Shown: positions 46,247 to 58,079 of the stretch, one piece after another | Layout: the number at the start of each line of letters is the position of its first letter | Position numbering within the stretch: the first letter of the stretch is position 1 | Origin: Naegleria gruberi | Taxonomy: Eukaryota | Assembly: GCA_000004985.1 (NCBI GenBank) | Contig: GG738860.1 | Length of the DNA: 64,000 nucleotides | Reading direction: 5' to 3' (one strand) | The notes under the pieces: model-generated | Told to the model about the DNA's origin: nothing | Databases searched by the model: none | What the model saw: only the letters and a program-made list of their open reading frames with translations | Position numbers and translations under genes: made by a program

Positions 46247-46642
46247 CGTGTTATATATAATTAAATATTGATATTGTACAGGGCGTATATTGTTGTGTAT
46301 GATGAAAAATCACCAAATTAAAGTACAATAGTGATACAGAAAATTCAGAAAATAATATGTGTGTGTAAGCTACTCCGTTGCAACAATACAGTTTGAAAAC
46401 TCTCAATTCTCTACTAGGATGACTGTTTCTAGGATATAAATCGGAGTAGGAACGATAATGGTGCTCTCAAATTTTTTGCTTTCTGCGCAAGTTCAAGTTT
46501 ATTAATAAAAAATCTTTTCATCACGATTTTATTATCATGTCAGAATTATTGCATAGAAGTATGGATGTGTTATTCGTGATGGATGGTTATTATGTGGATT
46601 ACAATTGCTTGAAAAACAATAATAAATATAAATAATTAAAAG

Positions 46643-47292
46643 GTGCAAATGATGAACAATTATAACGGAAAAGAAAAAGGCGCCAAGTTAAAGTTTCAAA
46701 AAAAAATGCCTAGAAGAAAGTCTGCTGGAACTGCTGTCGGATCTGGAAGTGCATCATCGGGGGTAACGTCTTTTTTTTCTACTCCAGAATATCTCATAAT
46801 TCCACCATCTGTGGATCATCACACATTATTGGAACAATCTAGGAGAGGTGATTTAAATTCAGTAAAAAGTCTTCTTCAAAATAATCCTAGTTTGAGTGTT
46901 AATTATGGAGATGGAAGATTTGTATATGTATGTTAAAATTATTTTGGATTAAAAATTAATTGGAAAAATAGTACGGAATGACACCTTTAATGTGGGCTTG
47001 TGATAGTGGACATGTTCATATAGTTAATTATTTACTTTCAGTTCCAGGAATTGAAATTAATCGTGTTGATGAAATTGTAAGTTTTTCCTCATGAGTTCAA
47101 CAATTGATGAAATTGTAAATTTAGACTGGACGAACTGCTTTGCATTATGCTGCCATTAGAAATTATAAGGAAATTTGTGAAGTATTATTGAGACATGGAG
47201 CAGACAAGAATATTAAAACTTCTCTAGGAAGTGATGCTGAAGAAATGGCAATTGCAAGAGGTCAAATTGAAGCTGCCAGTGCATTCAAATAA
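46643..47292 (+). CDS. ankyrin-repeat protein, 3 exons (46643..46927, 46972..47076, 47125..47292)
   Basis: GTATGT and GTAAGT donors with TAG acceptors, all phase 0. Repeats MTPLMWACDSGHVHIVNYLL and TGRTALHYAAIRNYKEICEVLLRHGAD. Confidence 0.65.
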
Positions 47293-47474
47293 TGTAGATG
47301 AACCCCTAAAACTAGTGAATATATTCTCACATCTAATTTATAAATAATTACAAAATAAACAGAAATACCAATTCTAATAAGGATTGTTTATATTTTACAG
47401 GGTTATCAGAAGCAAATATATTTGAGGAAATTGAATGTTAATGCAATGATCAGAATAGGAAATGAAAATGCTGC

Positions 47475-47747
47475 TTATATTTTCTGTTCTCGGAATGGAT
47501 CTTTTTCAGTTGGATAATCTGTTATAGGATTTGTAGTAATATTTGTAAAGGTATTTGCAAAAACACGTTTACAAAAAGGACAAGTTAAACCTTCCAAAAC
47601 ATTTCCTTGGAATTCTTTCAAATAAGTTGATTTGTGACAATTAGGACATTCACAATTAACAAGATTACCAGCAGCAGAATGTTCCAAAGAATCAACAGTC
47701 AATACTACCAAATCTTTAACAAAATCTCCTGCAGTCAAATCAGACAT
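47475..47747 (-). CDS. small zinc-ribbon-like protein (90 aa)
   Basis: AAAATG start context. Two CxxC pairs (CECPNC...CPFC). Confidence 0.4.
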   Translation of the reverse strand: MSDLTAGDFVKDLVVLTVDSLEHSAAGNLVNCECPNCHKSTYLKEFQGNVLEGLTCPFCKRVFANTFTNITTNPITDYPTEKDPFREQKI

Positions 47748-48303
47748 TTTTTATAGTTAACTCTCTCTATTCAATAGACTTTCCAATTTCTACAATTATC
47801 TAAATTTGTACACACCACAATTTACTTTTCCTCTTCTTCTGGTAGCACAAAATCAACCGAGTCTTTAAAATTCAAAGCTTGTGACATTAATTTTGGTGAT
47901 AATACATCCACAGGTTCCGAATGATTATGATGAGTATTATTATTCTGTTCAATAGTACTATTATTAATCATTAGTGATGAATTATTATTATTATTTTGAT
48001 CGGAATGATGAGGTGAGAGTGGAGAGAGAGGTGATGTATCTTGCAAACCCTCCACTGCTTCAACTGCTGGATGTGGAGTGATAATTGGATTGAGTGGTGT
48101 TCGACGTGATAAAGACATTTTTTCTATCAATTTTGAGAACCAAATATTGATTGGAACTAAATTGTGCGAATTACAATGAAATTGATGAGATCTATTTAAA
48201 TCAATTTGAAAGGTGGTAGTTGTGCTGAGAGAGAGATAATGTATGTGAATGAAAATGTTGTTAATTTTTATTTAGAGTTGGAGATTAGTTTCTAATAATA
48301 TGA

Positions 48304-49017
48304 CTATTTGACTGTTCGTTTGGAAGAAGAATTAAGGTCTGGAGAGGAATATCCTTTTTCATTCCTACATATCTGTTCCACATTTTGCTCATTGAATTGA
48401 CAAATTCTCTTTCGTTTCTTTGTTTTTAAATCATTTCCATGCATCATTTTCTTAATTTCCATTGACAATGATGAAGATTTTTCACTATTTTCCATCGTGC
48501 CACCATTTGGTAAAGAATATTGTGTGGAAATGTTAGGAATGAATGGATTGGAGCTTTGCAAAGTGGAAGTGGTGATGGGAGTGTAATGTTTGTTTAACAA
48601 ATCTTCAATGCTTGAAGAAGAAACATTTGAAGAAAGTGGAAGAAAGCCCAGAGGTAAAGTTAGTGGAGAATCAGAGAAGGGTGATGATTGGTTGGTGATT
48701 GATTGGAAATCTACTTGTTGCTCATCTCTATTCTGTGTTGAAACATGATCACCACAATTATTAATATGAACGAAACTCTTCTCTTGTTGATCAAGTGTTG
48801 GTGATGACGATGTGAACTTTAAGGCCAATTGTTGTTGTGGTGAAGATCGGGTGATAGAACTCTTCATTGTTGAAGTAGAATACATGGAAAATATTGAAGT
48901 CTTATTTTTCTTACGAAGGCTTGGATTGTTTCGTATTTGATTAAGATTAGACGAATCATTGGCGTGTGAAGGCTTGAGGGATGACATATTTTTTTTTGAG
49001 GAAAAGTTGTAGAGCAA
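48304..49017 (-). CDS. hypothetical Ser/Asn-rich protein
   Basis: 237-aa ORF. Basic KKRKR near the C-terminus suggests a nuclear-localisation signal. ORF 47822..48130 may be a downstream exon or a separate gene. Confidence 0.3.
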   Translation of the reverse strand: MLYNFSSKKNMSSLKPSHANDSSNLNQIRNNPSLRKKNKTSIFSMYSTSTMKSSITRSSPQQQLALKFTSSSPTLDQQEKSFVHINNCGDHVSTQNRDEQQVDFQSITNQSSPFSDSPLTLPLGFLPLSSNVSSSSIEDLLNKHYTPITTSTLQSSNPFIPNISTQYSLPNGGTMENSEKSSSLSMEIKKMMHGNDLKTKKRKRICQFNEQNVEQICRNEKGYSSPDLNSSSKRTVK

Positions 49018-49300
49018 CTGTGTGGGATATTTAAGCCTTTGAAGTTAATCACATTGTTGCAGCAATCTGTCAGCGTTCAAAGTATCCTTGATTCCGTAGA
49101 CAAGCACCATTGTAAAGATAAAAGCAACTAATTTTTCCCGCCAAAAAGAAAAAGTTCACTTTCCCAATAAGCAAGATTTCATTGCTTCACTTGAAGATGC
49201 AATTTTTTGGTTGTATCAATAACAATTGCTGTTATGCGCTTTACAATAAAATTGTATTTTGATAGAATTGGAACTCTTATGAACAATTCCATTTAAAAAA

Positions 49301-51682
49301 ATGATTAGACACCTTCTGCATGGATGTAGGAATCGCCTTCTCACACCTAAAAGCAATATCTTCTTTTCTCTTCCGAAAGTAAATTCTTGTAGAAGAAACC
49401 TTTCTTCCATAATTGACAATCCAGAATATTTGAAAATGGCTACCACTGAAAATTCACTTGAATTTTTGCAACATTCAGATAAAATCGACATTGATCGTGA
49501 ATTATTAAAAGCTGCTCTTATGGGTCATGGAGAGAATTTGAAATTCTGCCCTTTCGAATATAGAAATGATATTGAATTGGTAATGTTGGCTGTGCAAAAT
49601 AATCGATTTGAGATTGCTTTAGAATTTGCCTCTGAAGAAATGAAGGATAATGAACAAGTAGTTGAGGAATCAATGAAAGGTGTTCCAAGTAGTTTCAGAT
49701 TTGCATCTGAAAGGATTCGAAATCAGAAAGAATTTGCATTGAAGGCAATTTCATATTTGCCATCAAATATATTCTATCTTTCGGAAAGATTACAAAATGA
49801 TTGGGATATTATTGAGAAAACTTTAGAATTGGATGGTGAATTAATTCTTTCTCTTCAATTTAGAAGAGAAGAAATGATGCAAAATAAGGAAATACTTTTA
49901 AAAATATTGAAATCGTGTTCCTTGTATTGCAGGAGATGTATTTTCAGATATTTGAAGAGTACTGATTCTGCCTTATTGAAAGATCAAGTAGTTTTGCAAA
50001 ATTTCGTACTTCCAAAGATATTAACTGATGGGTGGAATGTTAAAAATATTGACACTGGAAAAGAGGATGTTAAAATGGTTGTTGAAACTGGTAATTTGAA
50101 AATTGATGGTCCACTAATTCTCAAACAATTAGAGTTATTCAAATATGCACCCTTAGAAATACGATCTGATATTGAACTGGTTAAAAAATTTGTTTCAAAA
50201 AGAGGTGAATTGTTAGAGTTTGTTGATGAACCGCTTAAGGATGATTACAATGTGGTTTTACGTGCCGTTTGTTCTACTTATAATGCTCTCCGGTTTGCTA
50301 GTGAGAGGTTGAAAAACAACCAAGCAATTTGTCTTGCAGCAATGAAAGCCAATCCAAAACAGTTCATCCATGTGTCAGATAGCATAAAATCAAACAGAGA
50401 GTTCATTCTCGATTTATTAGATGACTGTGGAAATATTTTCCTTTTTAGGGGAGATTATTTTGGATCCATATTTGAGTATATGGACGACAAACTCAAATCA
50501 GATTTGAGTTTTGTAAAAGAAGTTTTTGGAAAGAATATTAACTCTATCGTGAAATATATTTCAAACATTGATGGAGAATTATTTGAAAGGATTCTTCAAA
50601 GCTGTTCATTACATTACATTCCAAAATCAGTTAATATTCAAGCGTACCGAGGAAAAATTGTTGAATATTTGAGTAAATACCCCTATAGGTATTCTGATGT
50701 TGTGAGTCATTTTCCAGATGATAGAGAATTAGCTCTCAAATTTATTGAACTCTCACCTAATTGTTTCAGAAAGTTAAGCTATCGACTTCAAAATGATCCT
50801 GAAATTGCAGGCATAGTATTCTCAGGAACAGGTTTTATACATTTCAAAGAAGATATGGACAGGGGATTAATTATTAAAAAGCTGAAGGAGAATGCCTACA
50901 GTTTGTGGTCATTGCCAGAAAAATATCACCAAGATAGAGAAATTGTTTTAAATGCAGTGAAAAAGGGAGGCAGCATTGCTATAACAAAATACTTTAGAGA
51001 AGATAGAGAAATTGTGATGGAGGCCTTAAACAACACCAACTTTGATTTGAGTAGTATTTCTTCAAATCTGAGAAAAGATAAGGAGATTGTAATGAAAGCA
51101 ATTGAAAATAATTCTTATAATTTTTGCTATGCTGACAAGGTATTCAGGTCAGATAAGGAATTTATTATGAAACTATTTGATAATCCAAAGTTTGCACTAC
51201 ATAGTCCATGTATTTCTTCCTTGGACATCAAGTTGAGGGATGACAATGAAATTGCCTCAATGTTTCTGAAACGATGTCCATCACACTTTGTCTACTTGAG
51301 TGAGAGATTGAGAAATGACCCTTCCATTGCAATTCCTCTCATTCTTGATAATCCCTACTTGTTGCCTCATTCTCCATTGTTTAGCCAAGACAAAAAATTG
51401 AAATTGCAAATTGTTGAAAATGGTTATTTCTTTCATTTATTTACAGAATTCCATGAAGATCTAGATATTCTTCGAGTATTCTTCTCCAAATATCCAAAAG
51501 AAGCAGCTGAATTCTGCCAACATTACAATTCAGAAGAGTGGACCAAACACAAAGACCTTGTTGCACTAGTTTTAGCTCATTATCCCGATGCTTATTATAA
51601 AGCAAGCAAAGAGATTCAAAATGATCCAGAAATTATTCGGCTTTATAATAAGAGCAGGAAGTGCCTTGTACTGCTGCAATGA
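49301..51682 (+). CDS. DUF4116-repeat protein (793 aa), paralog of 43415..44728
   Basis: About 15 tandem repeats with conserved RxDxEhVhxAV...ASExLxNDxEI. Confidence 0.65.
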   Translation: MIRHLLHGCRNRLLTPKSNIFFSLPKVNSCRRNLSSIIDNPEYLKMATTENSLEFLQHSDKIDIDRELLKAALMGHGENLKFCPFEYRNDIELVMLAVQNNRFEIALEFASEEMKDNEQVVEESMKGVPSSFRFASERIRNQKEFALKAISYLPSNIFYLSERLQNDWDIIEKTLELDGELILSLQFRREEMMQNKEILLKILKSCSLYCRRCIFRYLKSTDSALLKDQVVLQNFVLPKILTDGWNVKNIDTGKEDVKMVVETGNLKIDGPLILKQLELFKYAPLEIRSDIELVKKFVSKRGELLEFVDEPLKDDYNVVLRAVCSTYNALRFASERLKNNQAICLAAMKANPKQFIHVSDSIKSNREFILDLLDDCGNIFLFRGDYFGSIFEYMDDKLKSDLSFVKEVFGKNINSIVKYISNIDGELFERILQSCSLHYIPKSVNIQAYRGKIVEYLSKYPYRYSDVVSHFPDDRELALKFIELSPNCFRKLSYRLQNDPEIAGIVFSGTGFIHFKEDMDRGLIIKKLKENAYSLWSLPEKYHQDREIVLNAVKKGGSIAITKYFREDREIVMEALNNTNFDLSSISSNLRKDKEIVMKAIENNSYNFCYADKVFRSDKEFIMKLFDNPKFALHSPCISSLDIKLRDDNEIASMFLKRCPSHFVYLSERLRNDPSIAIPLILDNPYLLPHSPLFSQDKKLKLQIVENGYFFHLFTEFHEDLDILRVFFSKYPKEAAEFCQHYNSEEWTKHKDLVALVLAHYPDAYYKASKEIQNDPEIIRLYNKSRKCLVLLQ

Positions 51683-51733
51683 TTAAGCCACACCGAATAA
51701 ATAATATTTTTTATTAATATTTTATTTAAAAAA

Positions 51734-53605
51734 ATGGCGCCACTCGTTTTTATCGATGATGTTCTCCACCTCATATTTACGTCCTTTCTTGATGACGAGT
51801 CTATGGTAAAATATGGTTTTTCAGTCTGTAAACAATGGAATAATATGGTTAGATCAATTCCGATTGACTTGATATTGGAAAAGTATAAATTGGCTAGGTT
51901 GGTCAAATCCTCTCCGAATTTAAACCTTCGATCATTGGTTTTAAATCAGGCTATCGGTGAAGATATGCGGGAGAGAATTCAACAATGTAGTACCATGTCC
52001 ACTCTACAAGTACTGGTATTGGATGGTGTCATGGATTTTTCATCCATGATGAAATTAATTACGAGTCCGGTAATGTCAAATCTTGTGGATGTTAGATTTA
52101 ATGGTAGTTATAATAAGAAGGATAAGCTAATTGCTCCTTGCCCTCAAATGAAGGCTTTGAAGAGTTTGGGTTTAGATGGAACTGTTGATGAATTGTTAGT
52201 GTCCATTTCAAAAAACGAATACTTGGAAAATTTAACAGAGTTGGATTTGGATATGGCAAGTTATACAGATAAGGGAATTGTAGCTTTGGTTTCTAATAAT
52301 TCTCATGTTAAAAATTTAACAAGTTTGAGTTGTGAATCAAGTCAATTAACTGGTACAGCTATACGTGCTATTGCCAATTCTCCTAATATGAAAAATTTGA
52401 CCAAACTAAATATTGGCTACAATTACAAGGGAGTGGAAGGAATACGAGATATCATTCAAAGTGAATACATGAAGAATCTCCAAATTCTCCATCTCACTGA
52501 GGGTTTCGAGCTTCTTGTCTCTGAAAATTCACAAATCAAGAATTTGAAAAAGCTCAAAATGATGGGACATCGTTTGAACGAGGATATCATCAAAATTGCC
52601 AACTGCCCTCATATGAATCAAATTGAAAAATTGGGAAGATATTTTGGTACTTCTACTAGTGCTTTGGAAGCCTCAGGTGATACTGCTCTAGCTGAGAGTA
52701 AATACATTACCAAATTGAAAAAGTACTATTTGGAATTTGAAGAAACAGATGAACCAACCATGTTCATTACCAGCCCTAATTCTGAAAATGTGCAGAGTAT
52801 CTACGGAGCTGTCAACAGCTTCAAAATGGCTAAAGCCCTTGCCGAATCTCTTTATTTGAAAAATCTATCCCGTTTGCACATTTATGGACAAGATGAAGAG
52901 AATATTTTTGAAATATTATCAGAAAGCAAGAATTTGAAAGAAAATTTACAATCTCTTTCCTTTAGATATACAGGGAATGAAATGATGTCTTCATCTTGCA
53001 AGGTTATATCTCATATTGGAAAATTTTCAAAATTGAAAAAGTTAGATCTTGCATTTATCAACATTGGATTGGACGGAATGAATTTAATCATTTCAAGTGC
53101 ATTTATCAAGAATTTGAGCAAGCTCTCCCTGACTGAATGTTGTATTGACAGCGATTGCCTAAAGGCTCTTTCTGAGTGTCAAGATTTCCAACTCACTAGT
53201 TTATCCTTGGGAAATAACGAGAAGCTTAGAGGGCAAATTCATTTACTCTGTGAAATGACAAGTTTAACATGTTTGCAAGAATTAAATTTGAAGAGTTGCG
53301 ACCTGTCTGATGAGGACATTTTGAGCATTTCACAATGTAAATACTTGACCAATCTTAGACATCTCAACGTAAGATTTAATAATGTATCCAATGAAGCTTT
53401 AAAATTCATATTCCTTTCAGATAACATGCAAAAATTGTCCATGTTAGATATGTTCCGTAGCAACATAACCATGACACAGGAATTATCAGATTTAATACTT
53501 GAAAATGTTTCTAGATTCACCAATTTATCATTTTTAAGTATTCCAAGACAGGGCAAATTATCAAACAAGCTTGAAGAACAATTGGATAAATTTGGAATTT
53601 CCTAA
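51734..53605 (+). CDS. F-box / leucine-rich-repeat (RNI-like) protein
   Basis: N-terminal F-box-like FIDDVLHLIFTSFLDDESMVKYGFSVCKQWNNMV, then about 20 LRRs (NLTxLxL...). Confidence 0.65.
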   Translation: MAPLVFIDDVLHLIFTSFLDDESMVKYGFSVCKQWNNMVRSIPIDLILEKYKLARLVKSSPNLNLRSLVLNQAIGEDMRERIQQCSTMSTLQVLVLDGVMDFSSMMKLITSPVMSNLVDVRFNGSYNKKDKLIAPCPQMKALKSLGLDGTVDELLVSISKNEYLENLTELDLDMASYTDKGIVALVSNNSHVKNLTSLSCESSQLTGTAIRAIANSPNMKNLTKLNIGYNYKGVEGIRDIIQSEYMKNLQILHLTEGFELLVSENSQIKNLKKLKMMGHRLNEDIIKIANCPHMNQIEKLGRYFGTSTSALEASGDTALAESKYITKLKKYYLEFEETDEPTMFITSPNSENVQSIYGAVNSFKMAKALAESLYLKNLSRLHIYGQDEENIFEILSESKNLKENLQSLSFRYTGNEMMSSSCKVISHIGKFSKLKKLDLAFINIGLDGMNLIISSAFIKNLSKLSLTECCIDSDCLKALSECQDFQLTSLSLGNNEKLRGQIHLLCEMTSLTCLQELNLKSCDLSDEDILSISQCKYLTNLRHLNVRFNNVSNEALKFIFLSDNMQKLSMLDMFRSNITMTQELSDLILENVSRFTNLSFLSIPRQGKLSNKLEEQLDKFGIS

Positions 53606-53837
53606 TTTTCCAAACAAATTCTATTAGAAGTTGTTCATTTATATTTCTTAGTTGTTGGCAGCACTTGGTGGATACGTATACCAACCCAACAATTAACCAA
53701 TCATTCATTGTAAAATCAATTTCCGTCGTTCGCTTAAATTGACAATTCCCAACCAGTATCAATCTATCAACACCACTGCCAACTCTCAATTCCCAACCCA
53801 AATAATCTGAAAAAAACTAACCACACACAACAGTTAG

Positions 53838-56774
53838 ATGAAAAAGCACTCATTATTGAATTTCCTGAAGGAATCACAACAAGCTCTCAAGAACAGAAGA
53901 GAACAAGACAGCAAGCCTAGTCACAGGATTCAACCATCCATTGAAGAGTTAGAAAAGTATGCTCACACACCACTTGGTGCATCCTATTTGAAAGCCAGAT
54001 TATTTTTTGATGAGGGAAAGAAGGAATTCTTCTCTGGACATCAAAAGAAGGGCCTTGAATTGATCAGGAAGGGTTTTTGGGAAGATGAAAAGGCATGTCC
54101 ATTTTCTGAAGATGAAGGAGATGCAGTATTGAAATATTGTTGGGATCAAGTGACTCAGAAATCAAGTCCTGATGTCGAGCTTCAAAACACATGTGGCTTG
54201 GTAATTGCATTAATGCATCCTGCCATGGAACCAAAAATCATGACATCTCCATACTTGCTCCAAGAAGGTTCCTTTAGAGCTGTTACATTGGTAGCCTCAT
54301 GGTTGGCATCTGCAGGGGAATGGGAAAATGCACTCCCATTATTCATGCAAGGTTATCAAATTGACCCAACAGATGTGGAGAATTATTATGCTATTGGTGT
54401 GATGTTCAAGTTTCTAAATGATTGGACAAGTGCTCGTGCATGGTTGGAACGTTACATTCAACATTCGGACATTCAGGGTTTCAAGAGACCAGCAGCTCAC
54501 TATGAATTAGCTGCGATTGCACTCGCAGAAAATGATATCACTGAAGCTGCAGAACAAGCCAAACTTGCTAGAATAACTCTCAAAGAGAGAATACCCTACT
54601 TGCCTCCTCTATCTACCTCATCCCAAATGATGGTAGAGAGCATGCTTGGATTAATGGGTGAAACAAACTCCTTCCCAAAGAATGCAAGAAAGGCCGCTGA
54701 AAAAATTGGCAAACAGCATGCATCCAACAATTCAACAAATGCATCATCCTCATCTTCATCAACAACCTCAACAAGGGTTGTTACTGTTCCACCTCCATCA
54801 AAGGAAGCATCAGACTTGAAAGAGAAGGGTAATCAATTGTTTGAAAAGAAAAAGTATAAGGAAGCAATTGAATGTTATTTGAAAGCACTTTCTCTTGGAA
54901 AGAGCAGTATTGATGCAATCTTGCACTCGAACATTTCTGTTTCATATGCGAAAATGGACAATTATGTTGAATCTCTAACGCATGCCGAGAGTTCAATCAT
55001 TGTAGATCCATATCTTTCTAAAGGTTATGCAAGAAAAGCGTTTGCCTTGATGAAATTGAACAGAACTCAAGAGGCCCGTAAATTCACCATTATTAGTAAT
55101 GCATTGGGAATGAAAATTGTAAAGGGTCATGAGCTACACTCACTCTTACCTGATTCCCAAATTGTACTTGTTAAGAATTCATACAATTTGAAAAAGTCCA
55201 TGTTGGAGCAAAATACCACTCAGAGACTATTCATTGTAATTACAGATGAAGACTCCTACAACTTTTCCACTGATATTACTAGACCATGTTCTCTTATTGG
55301 AATTGGAAGAGAGAAACCCAAGTTTACAGGCATGTTTGATACTCTATTTTGGGTTTCCTCTCCTGATTGTCACTTTGATAATCTCAGTATTTCACACTCG
55401 AGAACTCAACTTGTCTATGTTCGTGAAAAGGGTTCATTGACAGCTAGGGATTGTCATTTCTTCTCTTCCAGTAATCCAATGCCACTCGTTGCATGTGGAG
55501 AAGGTGGAAAGTTAACACTTTTGGATTGTGAAATTTATGGAGCTATGGAATCTGGAGGAGTGATGGCTCATGATAATGGATCTATTGTTAAAATGACAAA
55601 TTGTAAGATTCATGATTGCAGTAGGGCAGCTTTAGAAGTGGTGACACATGCAAAAGCTGAAGTTGACAATTGCGAGTTTTATGAATGTGGACAAGGCATA
55701 ATTGGATACAATAGAGGAAAGAGCATTCGTGTGAATAATACAAGAGTTTACCAACATGCAAAGGAAGGAGTTTTGATAGCTATGGGTTGTTCAGCAACAT
55801 TCTCCAAAGTTTCCATCTTTAAGAATAATCATTTTGGATTGAGCGTTGATAATACTGGAACTGCAAAGTTGACCGAATGCGATATTACTGACAACTTGTT
55901 CTATGGCGTGAGTGTGAAGGGAGATTGTCCATTCGAAATGAATAATTCTACCATTAGTGGAAATCAATGTGGAGGTGTTAGAATTGGAATTAATTACACC
56001 TCACCAATCATTATATCTGGATGTAAAATTGTCAATAACACAGGTCCAGGAATCCACAATGAATCTGACAAGTTGAAAATTCCACAAGAAAAGAAGAATT
56101 TCATCAATCAAATGAAACAAATGGGATTGTCAGATAGAGATACGTCCAACAAGGTTTTCAAACAAGTTGCCTCAGCCATAGGAGGAAGCTTAAAATTGAC
56201 CATTACTGATTGCATTCAAGAAGGAAATGATTCACGTGCTGTAGAATCTTCTCAAGCTGATAAGTGCTCATTTTGTCATGTTTCTGCTGAAAAGTGTTTC
56301 AAATGTGCCAAATGTAAACAAGTAATGTATTGTGGCACAGCTTGTCAAAAGAAGGATTGGACCAAACACAAGATATTTTGTGATAGCATGGCTGAAAGCA
56401 ATACAGTTACGATAGACATTTCAAGCAGTTCTGTTGAGGGAAAATTGGTTAGAAATTCAGACCTTTCCTCCAAATATAAGAAACGTCAAGAAGAAAAGAA
56501 GGGAAAATACATGGATGGTGATGATTTTGTTGTGAAAATTCAAACAATCGAATTGGATAGCTCACCAGATCAAACATTGACTCTCTATGATGAAAGTAGG
56601 GAGTTGGTACTCAATTTTAGTAATAGAGATATATTCTATTTGATCATGAAATATGGCACATTGGGAGAAAATCAAATGACATCAAAAAAGATTTTCGTCA
56701 AGGCAAGATTTAATAAGGAAAATAATCAATTGAATGTCTATACTCATAAGGTTTTGCCCATTAGATTGTGGTAG
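53838..56774 (+). CDS. TPR + parallel beta-helix + MYND zinc-finger protein
   Basis: TPR triplet (DLKEKGNQLFEKKKYKEAIECYLKAL...). Beta-helix (PbH1-like) repeats (CHF...NCKIHDCSRAALEV...NCEFYECGQGI...). CSFCHVSAEKCFKCAKCKQVMYCGTACQKKDWTKHKIFC is a zf-MYND. Confidence 0.65.
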   Translation: MKKHSLLNFLKESQQALKNRREQDSKPSHRIQPSIEELEKYAHTPLGASYLKARLFFDEGKKEFFSGHQKKGLELIRKGFWEDEKACPFSEDEGDAVLKYCWDQVTQKSSPDVELQNTCGLVIALMHPAMEPKIMTSPYLLQEGSFRAVTLVASWLASAGEWENALPLFMQGYQIDPTDVENYYAIGVMFKFLNDWTSARAWLERYIQHSDIQGFKRPAAHYELAAIALAENDITEAAEQAKLARITLKERIPYLPPLSTSSQMMVESMLGLMGETNSFPKNARKAAEKIGKQHASNNSTNASSSSSSTTSTRVVTVPPPSKEASDLKEKGNQLFEKKKYKEAIECYLKALSLGKSSIDAILHSNISVSYAKMDNYVESLTHAESSIIVDPYLSKGYARKAFALMKLNRTQEARKFTIISNALGMKIVKGHELHSLLPDSQIVLVKNSYNLKKSMLEQNTTQRLFIVITDEDSYNFSTDITRPCSLIGIGREKPKFTGMFDTLFWVSSPDCHFDNLSISHSRTQLVYVREKGSLTARDCHFFSSSNPMPLVACGEGGKLTLLDCEIYGAMESGGVMAHDNGSIVKMTNCKIHDCSRAALEVVTHAKAEVDNCEFYECGQGIIGYNRGKSIRVNNTRVYQHAKEGVLIAMGCSATFSKVSIFKNNHFGLSVDNTGTAKLTECDITDNLFYGVSVKGDCPFEMNNSTISGNQCGGVRIGINYTSPIIISGCKIVNNTGPGIHNESDKLKIPQEKKNFINQMKQMGLSDRDTSNKVFKQVASAIGGSLKLTITDCIQEGNDSRAVESSQADKCSFCHVSAEKCFKCAKCKQVMYCGTACQKKDWTKHKIFCDSMAESNTVTIDISSSSVEGKLVRNSDLSSKYKKRQEEKKGKYMDGDDFVVKIQTIELDSSPDQTLTLYDESRELVLNFSNRDIFYLIMKYGTLGENQMTSKKIFVKARFNKENNQLNVYTHKVLPIRLW

Positions 56775-57039
56775 TTTTGAATAATTCAATAATTAGCTAT
56801 ATATTCAAGAAATAGATCTATCAAGATATTTATTAATAGCAATAGATAAATAAAAACCTAACCTTTAGAAAACATTTAACTTTTGACACTTGGCATTAAT
56901 AACATGACAGCTGGCATTTGACACATGCTTACTGAACTCAATAATTCCTGTATCATTTATGATAAAAAAGAACTCTAAAATTGTTGAATAATTACTATTT
57001 CATTTATTCAAGTGTTAAAATGATTGGAAATTGAGAAAT

Positions 57040-58079
57040 TTAGAGTTGAGCCAAACCAGACCAAACATTATCCTCAATACCACATTCATCAGAACCTCTC
57101 AAGATCCAGAAGAAACCTTCTTGACCCCAGTTGGTATTCCATGAGTTGGCAACAATCCAGTATGGAGTATCCTTACCATCAGAGGTAACACCCCAACCAA
57201 CAATTTTGATGGCATGTCCACCTGCCAAAGATCCAGAAACATGTCTATAGACACCTGACTTATACGAAAAGAAATCTTGGTAAACAGAGAAAGCAGCTTG
57301 AACTGGGCCATTTGCTTGGATATCCTTTTGAATATCATCAATAGAACTCAATTGAGCAACAGAGGAAGACTTGGCCTTGTAGAGCTTGATAGCAGAACCA
57401 TCAGTACAAGAAGTTGGGCAAGAACCAACATCACCATTACCAGAAGTGTATGGATCACACTTATCAGATGGAATACCAGTACCAGCAAGGAAAGCCCAAG
57501 CATTGTTCAAATAACCACCATCACAACCATAATCAGTAGAGTCACATTGCAACATGTATTCTGGTGACAAGACAACATCAACTGAACCATTTGAAGCAAT
57601 ACAGAATCTATCAGACAAGACTTCAGAAGCAGAGAAAGCCCAACATGATCCACATTGCTTTAACATTAACAAGAAAATGTCAAATTAATAATTTGATTAT
57701 TGACATTTTGCAAAATAAATGTTAAAACTGCTAATTAAATTAATAAAAAACCTACTTGTTGATCTCTAATTGGATGAACACACTTGCCCCACTTGGTTCT
57801 AGCATCGAATGAGGAAGCAGCCTTCAAATTAGCTGGCATTGTCTTCTTTGGCAAATTGTTGATTGGATGAACCAAGACGGTACCCAACAATTTACGAGCG
57901 TCGCGCAAGGTCATTCCAGCGAATTGCGGATAGGCGGCGGCGGTCCAACCAATGCTAGAGTCAGCATTGATCTTTTGGATCAAGGTGTGATCGTGGACTG
58001 GTCTGTCGAGGGTGGAGAGTTGAGCAAAGGTGCTGACGGCAGCCAATGCTAACAATAAACAAATGATGGCGACTTTCAT
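57040..58079 (-). CDS. cathepsin B-like cysteine protease, 2 exons (58079..57756, 57657..57040)
   Basis: Signal peptide, then propeptide, then QCGSCWAFSASEVLSDRFCIAS with the active Cys, then GGHAIKIVGWG and NSWNTNWGQEGFFWILRG. GTAGGT donor, 98-nt intron, AAG acceptor. Confidence 0.85.

Noticed and set aside
57099-57567. ORFs 57099..57341 (-) and 57277..57567 (+)
   Set aside because: Alternative-frame or antisense readings inside cathepsin B exon 2. The same ITTITTIISRVT string appears antisense in the paralog (60348..60587), confirming an artefact of conserved coding DNA.
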